Positions 20,376-29,351 of a stretch of 64,000 nucleotides of DNA are shown here, one piece after another. Source of the DNA: Candidatus Latescibacterota bacterium (GTDB taxonomy: Bacteria > Latescibacterota > UBA2968 > GCA-2709665); assembly GCA_965116875.1 (NCBI GenBank), contig OZ220733.1, forward strand, positions 1,920,001-1,984,000, in the 5' to 3' direction. Position 1 is the first letter of the stretch, and each line of letters begins with the position of its first letter. The notes beneath the pieces are model-generated. The model did not search any database. It was not told the DNA's origin and saw only the letters and a program-made list of their open reading frames with translations. The position numbers and the translations under genes were made by a program.

Positions 20376-20570
20376 ACATGGATGGACAGGATCGACAGGA
20401 TGAAGATCAAAACCGATCAGGTTTAAGCAGGATTGGAAACAGATGCCAAGATCAAAACCGAACAGGATTAAGAACCAGAAGCAGGACAAAGGCCAAGAGC
20501 AGGATTAGTAGCCGAGAACAGGATCAAAACCGGCCAGGATGAAGCAGGAATAGAAATCAGAAGCAAGTCA
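20376..20570 (+). repeat. Repeat family E head (ACATGGATGGACAGGATCGACAGGAT) plus purine-rich CAGGAT tract
   Basis: Head recurs at 24913, 41100 and inverted at 25284-25309; about ten CAGGAT-like motifs in total. Confidence 0.65.
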
Positions 20571-20749
20571 AAAGCTTTTTCTTCCGGTCCGTCGCGATGA
20601 ATCCGTCCACTCCACGCAACACATCGCTGACCACCACAGTTCAACCGCACAAGGAAGACTCCCGCTGTATTCTACGCTTCGCTGAGGCTACCGACAGACA
20701 ACTGAATATACGATAAGACCTCCGGTTTACGCGAATGATTCAAAATAGC

Positions 20750-22613
20750 CCTTAAATAAGCGAGTATTGTTGTTTGTTGAGCCGAAGGGCGCATTTTGGT
20801 GCGTTTGGGTTGATGAGAGCAATGGTGCCTGGCAAATGGTGATGGCGTGAGGTCGTACAGAGGTCTGTCGAGGTGAGTTTGCTGTGTAAAGCGACCGGTT
20901 GTGTGTGATTTGGGCGTAAGGGTCCGTTGCGTGATGATGGACGCGAACGCTGTGGTGATCTGCGGTCATCCTTCGAGTTGGTGTCAGGTGAAGCCGGTGC
21001 GTTCGATGGTGGCCCAGGCGCTTAGGAGTCTGCTCAGGGACGGCTGATAGCCGATGATGCGCACGGTGGTGCTTCGCGCGTTTCTCACCACACGACAGGG
21101 AAACAGGATGATGTGGTTGAGGAAGGTGCGAAAGTCCATCCGGATATAGTGCCGGCGGTGTTTGATGCGATGCATCATCATGGCAAACCACGACTTGATG
21201 TTCCAGGCCAGTGCGGCGATGACCATGTAAGCCCAGTTACTGATCAGGTCATACATGGGCACGCGCAGGGCGTTGACACCGTTTTTGAGTTGTTCGATGA
21301 CGTTTTCCTGGTCGCAACGTTTGTTGGCCGCAAAGACGACTTCGGCAGGTGTGAGGTCGTGGCGCGTGGTGATGTAGAAGAAATACCGGATATTGTCGAA
21401 GAGGGTCTGCTCGCCTTTCGTCTTGGAGATGTTTTTTCTCACGGCCACGACGCGGTAGGTCCGTTCGCACTTGCCGGGCTGATAGTCAAACTGTGCCACG
21501 TCTTCGAACTTGAGCGCCAGGGTGAGGTAGCCCCGCGCCTTGACGATGCGCTGCTTCTCATTGTCCCGTCGGTGCCTTTTCTGTGGCGCGACAGGCCGGT
21601 GCAGGCGATGCCAGGCCGCTTCGTCAAGCGCCTCGGCCCGTGTTCGCAAGGCCTCGTTGGCGTCCATGCCGAAGATGAAATCGACGTTTTTGGCCCAGCG
21701 ATCGAAGTGACCGGTGAGCGAAAAATCCGTGTCGCCGCGCAGGCATACGCGCCCTGCGTGGGGCTTCACCAAGGAGATGGCCGCATCGATCCAGGATGCG
21801 GCGCCCTGGTGAGAAGACGCGTTGCCCGGACGGTTGACCACATACAGCACCTCTTTGGTATTGGCCAACGACACGATCAAAGGCGCATATCCCCACACGC
21901 CCTTGTAGGAAATGTCCATACCGGCTTTCTTCTGCCCATACGTTGGCGCACTGGTGCCATCCACGTCGATGTATGCCACCCCTGCCAGGTCTCGGGTAGC
22001 GCGTGTGCGCCACAACTTGGCGCGTACCGCGTTAATGCAATCCATCAGCTCGATCACGTCGGCCTCGGTGAAGCGACGTGTGAAGTCACCCGTGGTCGTC
22101 GGATCCGGGATCAGATCCGCGTTCAAGGCATTCATGTAGGCCACGTCATGTCGCAAACGCTCGATATCTTCCAGACGCGTGCCGCCGCACATGATGTTGT
22201 AGGAAAGGTTCAACACATGATCCGACTCGTGATACGGCAGATGCACCTTCAACAACTGCAACCTCGCGTCGATTTCCTTGACCAAGCCCAACTTCGTCAC
22301 CAGGCGATGCACCGCCGTGATGCCACCGTAGCTCATCGCGTGCCCATCTGCGCTGACCTCGTAATGTACACGCGTGCTGCCAAACATCGGCTTGCCTTGC
22401 GCACAAAAGCGACTCGCGCGCTTCTGCCGTACATGTACCTTGCGCCCACATTTTGTACTGTTCCTGCGGCTTTCTCTTACCGATATTCTTTTCACCGGAA
22501 AGGCCCCCTTCGTTGGAGTAGCAATTTCCCGTCCGAGACTGCTAACTTCAACAAAGATAAGTCTTTCCGGTACTTTTATACATTTAAATCTGAAATAACT
22601 CGCTTAATTAGAG
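20750..22613 (-). mobile_element. IS1380-family insertion sequence
   Basis: Imperfect TIRs CCTTAAATAAGCGAGT / CTCTAATTAAGCGAGT; AATAGC direct repeat at 20744-20749 and 22614-22619. Confidence 0.9.
20984..22495 (-). CDS. IS1380-family DDE transposase
   Basis: IDVDGT, LRGDTDF and RCDQENVIEQLK catalytic motifs; uninterrupted 503 aa. Confidence 0.9.
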   Translation of the reverse strand: MKRISVRESRRNSTKCGRKVHVRQKRASRFCAQGKPMFGSTRVHYEVSADGHAMSYGGITAVHRLVTKLGLVKEIDARLQLLKVHLPYHESDHVLNLSYNIMCGGTRLEDIERLRHDVAYMNALNADLIPDPTTTGDFTRRFTEADVIELMDCINAVRAKLWRTRATRDLAGVAYIDVDGTSAPTYGQKKAGMDISYKGVWGYAPLIVSLANTKEVLYVVNRPGNASSHQGAASWIDAAISLVKPHAGRVCLRGDTDFSLTGHFDRWAKNVDFIFGMDANEALRTRAEALDEAAWHRLHRPVAPQKRHRRDNEKQRIVKARGYLTLALKFEDVAQFDYQPGKCERTYRVVAVRKNISKTKGEQTLFDNIRYFFYITTRHDLTPAEVVFAANKRCDQENVIEQLKNGVNALRVPMYDLISNWAYMVIAALAWNIKSWFAMMMHRIKHRRHYIRMDFRTFLNHIILFPCRVVRNARSTTVRIIGYQPSLSRLLSAWATIERTGFT

Positions 22614-22740
22614 AATAGCTCAGACTAAATCTCGACAACAGTTCGAAATTCACTATCATGTATGTGGACTTTCGGCGAAAGTTCGTACACTATACCTGCC
22701 GGTTTTCCAGAATCCATGTACATCCGAAAGAGGTGCCGAT

Positions 22741-23580
22741 ATGCCTGAACTGCTCACGCGGCAGCAACTCGCGTTTTTCGACACGTTCGGATATCTGTGC
22801 CTGCCCGGTCTGATGTCCGACGTTATTGACGACGTCATCGACGCCTTTGAGCAGGTCTGGACGGACCGCGGAGGCGGTCACCACGGGAAGCCGCACGACG
22901 GAGAACGGCGGTCCTGCATCGTACCGTTCATCGACCAGCACGAACGCCTCTGCGCCCTGCTGGACGATCCCCGCATCAACGGGCTTCTCGTCGACCTGCT
23001 CGGCGCGGATTACAACTACGTCGGTTCCGACGGCAACTACTACGCAGGCGATACCGTGTGGCATTCCGACGGCTGGGGCAAGACCGTCCGTTTTGTCAAG
23101 ATCGCCTTCTACCTCGATCCCCTGACCCGGAACACCGGCTGCCTTCGCGTTATCCCCGGAAGCCATATGCTGGACGATCGATTTGCGAAGGCCGTCCAGG
23201 ATCAGATCCGGGAATCCGGGCGAAACTGGGGAATCGAAGGCAAGGACCTTCTTCCGGGCGTCGCATTGGAAACCCGGCCCGGAGACATCGCCGTGTTCAA
23301 CCACAACCTCAAACACGCCGCCTTCGGCGGCAGCCCACGAAGACGTATGTTCACCATCAACTGTTCACAGCGGTTTCCCGAGGAGCGAATCGAAGATTTC
23401 AAGAATTACGTTTCCGGCCATGCCCGCTTCTGGATCGACCGTCTCTATGGCGAGACCATGGTTGCAACAGCCGGCCCCGAACGCAGAATTCACCTCGAGC
23501 AGGGCATGGCGCACGACGGCCACTTGGCCGAACTGGCTGCCGGGGCACGGAAGGAGATGCCCGAGCCGTCACGTGGATGA
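22741..23580 (+). CDS. Phytanoyl-CoA dioxygenase (PhyH) family protein
   Basis: FFDTFGYL, WHSD, GCLRVIPGSH, GDIAVF...KHA. Confidence 0.85.
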   Translation: MPELLTRQQLAFFDTFGYLCLPGLMSDVIDDVIDAFEQVWTDRGGGHHGKPHDGERRSCIVPFIDQHERLCALLDDPRINGLLVDLLGADYNYVGSDGNYYAGDTVWHSDGWGKTVRFVKIAFYLDPLTRNTGCLRVIPGSHMLDDRFAKAVQDQIRESGRNWGIEGKDLLPGVALETRPGDIAVFNHNLKHAAFGGSPRRRMFTINCSQRFPEERIEDFKNYVSGHARFWIDRLYGETMVATAGPERRIHLEQGMAHDGHLAELAAGARKEMPEPSRG

Positions 23581-23622
23581 GCAGCGCGGGCGACGATGAA
23601 AAGGCGCCGCCATTTCCCGATC

Positions 23623-24885
23623 TCATTCGATATACCCGAGGTTTCTCAATCTTGATGCCAGAATTTCGGCTTCGGCCTGCGTGGTTTCCTGTGCCTGGAG
23701 GCGCCTGTAATTCGAGCCTTCCAGGATGCCGCTTCGGGACGCTCGGAAGGGTTTCGGATCGTCACACTGCAGGTCCGAACCGCTGAACACGTCACGCAGC
23801 ACGAAATCCTCACCGTCGAGTTCTTCTCTGTAGAAGACCCGTCCGTCCGTTACCGACCACATGCGCAGACCATCCTCGTCCCGCGTCAGTTCCACGCCGT
23901 CCATCGCCACGCGTGAAGTCACCCGATTTCGGTCCGCCTGCAGATTGCCCGGGTTCAGGAATCCGACGCCGTAGAGGTTGTCGAGTTCCGAATACACCCA
24001 TCGACCGCGAAAAGAACCCCCGCCGCCCAGCAGGTCACGGCCATATCCTTTATAGTCTACCGTAAGCCCGGCGAGATGAATGATTGTTGGAAACAGGTCG
24101 ATCGTAGACAGGGGCCCGCGCGGTAATTCCAGTCCATCGTGTCCGGGAAGGGAGACCAGCAGCGGAACGTGGATGACATTCTCGTGCAGGAGGTCCCCGT
24201 GCGCCATCCCCTCCTTGCAGAACCCCTCACCGTGATCGCCCAGAATAAACACCGCCCAGTCGTCAGGATTCACGCGCTTCAGGATCTCCACAAGCAGGAA
24301 TTCCTGCACGTGCGTTACCGCCGCGTAGTAAAACCGGAGCGCTTCGTCCACCATCCCCGCATCCACCAGCGCTTTGAGGTTCGGCGTTTCCGGAATCCCC
24401 CTCGCCCCGTAGCCGCCATGCGTATACCAGAAATGCAAAAAACAGAACCTGGGCCGGTCCTCGCCTTTGAACGCCGAATGCAACAGGTCTTCCAATGAGC
24501 CGAGATGCTGATCCGTCGCATTGGGATCCATGGGTCCGATATAACGCTCGTAGTCCAGAAAACGGAACACGTCCGTCCGCTCGGAGCGGCCATGGATTTC
24601 AAAGCCCGCATCCGAGAACAACTGAAACAGATTCGGAATCCCTGCGAACATCTTCAGGTACGTCTGCCCGCACAGTCCGTGCTCAAACGGGTACAACCCG
24701 GTAAACATGGACGTGTGAGACGGGCGCGTGGCCGGGGCCGTCACGAAAAAACGCTCGGCGAACGCATAATCCCTTGTCAAAAGGTCGAATTTGGGCGTAT
24801 TCAGCCCGCGATTGACCCGGCTTACCGCATCGTACCGGAGGCAGTCGATGGAAATCAGCAGGAATTTGTCTACCGGATGCCCCAT
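23623..24885 (-). CDS. Sulfatase/alkaline-phosphatase superfamily protein
   Basis: LISIDCLRYD, TRPSHTSMFTGLYP, GDHGE, HVPL, C-terminal RLRNLGY; start set to MGHPVDK. Confidence 0.8.
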   Translation of the reverse strand: MGHPVDKFLLISIDCLRYDAVSRVNRGLNTPKFDLLTRDYAFAERFFVTAPATRPSHTSMFTGLYPFEHGLCGQTYLKMFAGIPNLFQLFSDAGFEIHGRSERTDVFRFLDYERYIGPMDPNATDQHLGSLEDLLHSAFKGEDRPRFCFLHFWYTHGGYGARGIPETPNLKALVDAGMVDEALRFYYAAVTHVQEFLLVEILKRVNPDDWAVFILGDHGEGFCKEGMAHGDLLHENVIHVPLLVSLPGHDGLELPRGPLSTIDLFPTIIHLAGLTVDYKGYGRDLLGGGGSFRGRWVYSELDNLYGVGFLNPGNLQADRNRVTSRVAMDGVELTRDEDGLRMWSVTDGRVFYREELDGEDFVLRDVFSGSDLQCDDPKPFRASRSGILEGSNYRRLQAQETTQAEAEILASRLRNLGYIE

Positions 24886-24912
24886 GGACTCTCTGTTTGG
24901 AAACCGGGACTT

Positions 24913-25309
24913 ACATGGATGAACAGGATCAACAGGATCAAAACCGACCAGGATTAACTTCAATTCGAAAAAACAAAACCGTTTCATTTGCCACAAAAAG
25001 CACAAAAGTCACAGAAGGAATTGGCACAAAACGGGATATTGAGTTCGTTCATAAGGAAGATATTTCCATCCACGTCCAGTGACCTTAAGCATCCTCGAAC
25101 TTCGACGTCTATTCGCCTTTGTTCTTTTACATATTTTCGACATTCAGGTCCCGGAAAAATCGCGAATCAAGGCTTAAGAAATGCGGAGTTCGATTGGCCA
25201 GTGTGATCCTGTGCGGTCTACGACAGGTAAGGATTCATCGCATCGGCCCGGAAACGCGAGCAACTGTCCTGCTCCTGGTTGTTATCCTGTTTATCCTGTC
25301 TATCCATGT
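24913..25309. repeat. Inverted pair of family E repeats enclosing an AT-rich spacer
   Basis: ACATGGATGAACAGGATCAACAGGAT ... ATCCTGTTTATCCTGTCTATCCATGT. Confidence 0.65.
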
Positions 25310-25409
25310 GAGTTTGTGTCTTTGAATAAATGAGGCTGAAACCTGGAAGACTCTAATTAAGTCCGGAATTCGCCATTTGGCAAGTACATCAGTTCCGATT
25401 TATTCATAA

Positions 25410-25493
25410 GAAGTTGTTTTAAAATTACCGGTGAGTTCCCGACCGGCGCTTTTGCAGCCGTGCGAAGGCCGCTGGGAATTTTAAGACAGCTTC
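25410..25493 (+). mobile_element. MITE family A, copy 2 (internal deletion)
   Basis: Both TIRs present; central part absent relative to copy 1. Confidence 0.8.
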
Positions 25494-25497
25494 CAGG

Positions 25498-25525
25498 TTG
25501 ACATCCGCCGGATCGCGTTTATCAT
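25498..25525 (+). promoter_or_regulatory. Putative sigma70 promoter
   Basis: TTGACA-16bp-TATCAT, 21 bp before ATG 25547. Confidence 0.5.
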
Positions 25526-25546
25526 GTTGCAGGCGACTCATTCCCG

Positions 25547-26635
25547 ATGGCCGATATGAATTCGACAGAGCGTGGCTTCGACCTGCGCGGCACCCTCGAA
25601 TGCGGATGGAATCTCTTTTTTCGAAAGGGATACTCGAATCATCCCGGGGACATTTCTGTCAACCGCGCCCACGTAGACCACCTCGCCGAGTCCGGCCTGA
25701 ACCGGCTCGTGGTGTTCTGGACCAACGCACCGGGCTTCGACGATGCCTGGCACGAAGCGGTCGAATATGCCCATAACGCCGGTCTCGGGCTCATTCGTGC
25801 GATGTACGGTTTCAGCGGAGGCGGTTCCGAGTATACGATGGCCGAACCGGACGCGCCGGCGCACCTGCTCAAGCGCAGCGCCAAAGGACCGGATACGGCT
25901 CTCTGTCCCCACGACGCCGAGACTCGCGCCTGGATGGGTCGCATTGTCGCCGAACGCCTCGCGCCGGGCGTGGACGGTATCGACATCGAACCGGCTCGGG
26001 AAATCGGCCGCAACTGTATCTGCGGGAACTGCCGGGCCCTCCGCCCCTTTCAGTGGGACGCGCTCGTGGTTGAACTTCTCACGGAACGCATCAGGGCCAT
26101 CAAGCCGGACGCAGAAATCCTCCTGCACCTGAGTATGCCGTCCGACAGACACGGAAAACTGCAGATGTCCCGCGACCTCCGGTGTCTGCCGGAATCCATC
26201 CGCCACGTCTTCGCGTGGGGCGCGGACGACGAAACAAGCCTTGTCGACTGGCTCGAAACGGATACCCGGTTCGAACACTTCGCCAAACTCGGCCGCGTCC
26301 TCCTGTTTCCGGACGGCACGTCCGCAGGAATTTCCGTTCACGAACATGTCGCCCGCACCTTCCGCTGGTGCAGGCTGGCCGCGGAGCGCGGCAAGACCGG
26401 GTATATGTTCGACTACCGGATCTTCGGCGGAAGAGAATGGCAGGGGCACGAGACCGACGTCCCGCATACCCGGCATACGAGCAAACGACCTGCCTCCATC
26501 GCCCTTATGGGCGAGGCCATGAACCGTCCCTATCTGGATGCGGACGGCCGGCGCGAGCTCATTGCCAGGCTGAAGGTCGAATGCGACTGGGACCTGGAAG
26601 ATCCCGCCCGCTTCTACAACTCACCCGCCGCATAG
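25547..26635 (+). CDS. Hypothetical protein, possible glycoside-hydrolase-like TIM barrel
   Basis: 362 aa; ALCP...DGIDIE...CICGNC pattern seen in GH-like barrels. Confidence 0.55.
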   Translation: MADMNSTERGFDLRGTLECGWNLFFRKGYSNHPGDISVNRAHVDHLAESGLNRLVVFWTNAPGFDDAWHEAVEYAHNAGLGLIRAMYGFSGGGSEYTMAEPDAPAHLLKRSAKGPDTALCPHDAETRAWMGRIVAERLAPGVDGIDIEPAREIGRNCICGNCRALRPFQWDALVVELLTERIRAIKPDAEILLHLSMPSDRHGKLQMSRDLRCLPESIRHVFAWGADDETSLVDWLETDTRFEHFAKLGRVLLFPDGTSAGISVHEHVARTFRWCRLAAERGKTGYMFDYRIFGGREWQGHETDVPHTRHTSKRPASIALMGEAMNRPYLDADGRRELIARLKVECDWDLEDPARFYNSPAA

Positions 26636-26804
26636 AAGCTGCCTGGAGATTACGAAGAGACGACTACGAGACTACGAGACTACGAAAAACGAAACGACGA
26701 AAACCCCGTAGCTGAGATCAATTGCCACCATACGCCCAAAACCACAATCTTGCACTTCAGCCTGGCTATGCAACGAATTTCATCGCGCCCCCAAAAGGGC
26801 ATGT

Positions 26805-26989
26805 GAACTGTTTTAAAATTCCCGGTGAGTTCCCGAGCGCGAGCGAAAGAGTGGCGGTCAAGGCGGGAAAATCCGGCTATGAGAGGCGAGCAAGCGCAGC
26901 CTCGATCTCGTAAGACGGGCGGGTTTGACCAACGCCGACCGGCGCTCTTGCAGCCGTGCAAAGACCGCCGGGGATTTTAAGACAGCTTC
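26805..26989 (+). mobile_element. MITE family A, copy 3 (alternative central loop, eroded left end)
   Basis: Arms align to copy 1; centre replaced by a longer sequence. Confidence 0.8.
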
Positions 26990-27009
26990 TTAACCTCCCG
27001 TTCATCTCA

Positions 27010-28977
27010 ATGCCAGCAATGTCCAATCCCCTCGCCGCCACCGAGCATGCGCCGGCACAAATGCCGGCGGACCGGGGCGTTTCGCTCCGATCGATCCTTC
27101 TGGCCATGATCGTCTCGGTGGCCGCGTGCGTCTGGGTCAACTACATCGAGTACGTTATCCACGCCTCCCGCATGACCCTCAGCCACTTCCCGATGGGTTC
27201 GCTGATGGTCTACCTCACCCTTGCCCTGCTCCTCAATCCGCTTTGCAGGAAACTCGCCAGGAGATATGCGCTCTCGCCCACGGAACTCAAAGTGATCCTG
27301 GCCGGCGGCCTGGTCGGCGGCGCCATCCCTTCGGTGGGTCTGACGGGCTATTTTCTGGGCGCCATCGCGGCGCCGTACTATTTCGCAACACCGGAAAACC
27401 AGTGGGGCGAGTTCTTCCACCCCTACATTCCCCAGTGGCTGGCGCCGCGAAACGTCAACCATGCGCTGGACCACCTGTTCGAAGGCGGCCCGCCGGGCAT
27501 GGACATTCCCTGGGAGGTCTGGTACATCCCCCTGGCCGCATGGATGGCGTTGATCACGGCACTCTTCGTGGCCTCCACAAGCCTCTCCGTCATTCTCCGC
27601 CGCCAGTGGGTGGAGAGCGAAAGGTTGAGCTACCCCATCCTGCGCCCGGTCCTGGATCTCACCGACCGGGAGAATTCCGGTTTTTCCGGGCGTTTCTGGA
27701 TCGGTTTCTCCATTGCCCTGGGAATTATCAGCTGGAACATGATCCACTACTTCGTACCCGGATTCCCGCAGATTCCCAATATCCGCTGGGGTCCCTGGGT
27801 GCTATTCGAACGATATTTCCCCGGAATCTGGACCCGCGTCAATATGTTCACCATCTCCTTTGCCTACTTCGCCAATATCGACGTTCTGTTCAGCCTGTGG
27901 TTCTTCTGCGTTCTCTTCATCCTGCGCAGCGGCGTCCTCAATCGATACGGCTTTAACGCGAGCAGCATCTATACGACGTCGGGCGAGTTTGCATGGCTTC
28001 AACTCGGCGGATTCGTCACGCTGGTTGGCTGGGGGATGTGGATCGCGCGGCACCACCTTGGATCGGTAATGAGAATCGCCATCGGCCGGAGCGCGCCCCT
28101 GGATAATGCCGACGAAATGATGAGATACCGAACGGCCGTTCTGGGTTTCATCCTGAGCACCCTCTTCGCCGTCTTCTGGTTCTGGCGCGCGGGCATGGGG
28201 TTCGGGGTTGCCTGCCTTTCCGTTCTGGCAACCCTGATCATCTTTCTTGGCGTGTCCCGCATCGTGGCCGAAGTCGGTCTTGTCTTTGTCTGTACGCCGA
28301 TCGGCCAGCAGGAGATCGTCACCCGGCTGATCGGGCCCCGAAATCTTTCCGGGCCGAGCCTGACTGTGCTGGCTTTTTCCAACGCGCTTACCTCGTTCGG
28401 CAAGGGTTTGTTCATGCCCTCCGTGGTTCACGCCACAAAAATCGCCGACCTGTGCCCGCGCGAGCAGCGACCCCGCGTGCTGACCGCAATTTTCCTGGCG
28501 TTTGCCGCGGGCGTGGTCGCATCCATCGCGTATACGCTCTACCTGGGATACACTCACGGAGCCTACAATTTCAATGACTTCCCGTTCACCCGATACAGCC
28601 GGAGCGGTTTTGCGAATGCGCTGTCGAAAATGAAGGACCCGGCCGTCGAGACCAGCATCCGACCGATATTGCTGGGCATCGGGGCAGCGGTCATGTCCGT
28701 CCTTACGTTTATGAAATACCGCTTTCCATGGTGGCCCCTTCATCCGGTAGGCTTTGCCATTGCGGGCATTTCGTACGTACACTTTTCCACCTTTTCCGTG
28801 TTCATCGCCTGGTGCATCAAGTTCATTGTCCTGCGTATCGGCGGGGCGGCGCTGTACAGGCGATATATCCCGTTCTTTCTGGGCATATTGACGGGTTATA
28901 CGACCGGCGTGGGGCTTTCCCTTGTGGTGGACATCATCTGGTTCCCCGGCGCCGGCCATTCGATTCATGGATATTGA
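27010..28977 (+). CDS. Large polytopic membrane protein (DUF6785/DUF6784-like, putative transporter)
   Basis: Many TMs; RRQWVESERLSYP and FPWWPLHPVGF; ORF-track N-terminus derives from the MITE. Confidence 0.75.
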   Translation: MPAMSNPLAATEHAPAQMPADRGVSLRSILLAMIVSVAACVWVNYIEYVIHASRMTLSHFPMGSLMVYLTLALLLNPLCRKLARRYALSPTELKVILAGGLVGGAIPSVGLTGYFLGAIAAPYYFATPENQWGEFFHPYIPQWLAPRNVNHALDHLFEGGPPGMDIPWEVWYIPLAAWMALITALFVASTSLSVILRRQWVESERLSYPILRPVLDLTDRENSGFSGRFWIGFSIALGIISWNMIHYFVPGFPQIPNIRWGPWVLFERYFPGIWTRVNMFTISFAYFANIDVLFSLWFFCVLFILRSGVLNRYGFNASSIYTTSGEFAWLQLGGFVTLVGWGMWIARHHLGSVMRIAIGRSAPLDNADEMMRYRTAVLGFILSTLFAVFWFWRAGMGFGVACLSVLATLIIFLGVSRIVAEVGLVFVCTPIGQQEIVTRLIGPRNLSGPSLTVLAFSNALTSFGKGLFMPSVVHATKIADLCPREQRPRVLTAIFLAFAAGVVASIAYTLYLGYTHGAYNFNDFPFTRYSRSGFANALSKMKDPAVETSIRPILLGIGAAVMSVLTFMKYRFPWWPLHPVGFAIAGISYVHFSTFSVFIAWCIKFIVLRIGGAALYRRYIPFFLGILTGYTTGVGLSLVVDIIWFPGAGHSIHGY

Positions 28978-29351
28978 AATATACACGGCGATGGACCATG
29001 ATTAAATTCAATTGGGAAAAAGACTACAGTCAATTTGGCCATAACGAGCCAATATGCGGGGAGACGGTAGAGGTGAGACGGGAGAAGATACCCTTGCCCG
29101 GCATGCTATTCCTTCTTGCCTTCGGCACGAAAAGAATCCTCACGAGGCAGGCAATCTCTCCCCTCTCCCGTCTTCCGTCTACCCGCTTCTGAGGGGCAGG
29201 GGGGAGAGGTTCTGTTCACGTCCAGCAATCTTGTGTATCCTGCCTGCCTGTCGAACGTAGGCAGACAGGGTAATCCGCAGTTGAATCGCCTTTATTGACT
29301 TGCACATATTCGATTTAACGTCCACGAAAACTTACGAATCAAGGTTAGGTC

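Noticed and set aside
20376-20570. Possible CRISPR array
   Set aside because: Repeats are only 6-11 bp, degenerate and irregularly spaced; no cas genes
21113-22618. 501-aa ORF antisense to the transposase
   Set aside because: Shadow frame with no recognisable domain
24886-25005. ORF-track N-terminal extension of the sulfatase-like gene
   Set aside because: Runs through the family E repeat (PVDPVHPC also appears in spurious ORF 20151-20489)
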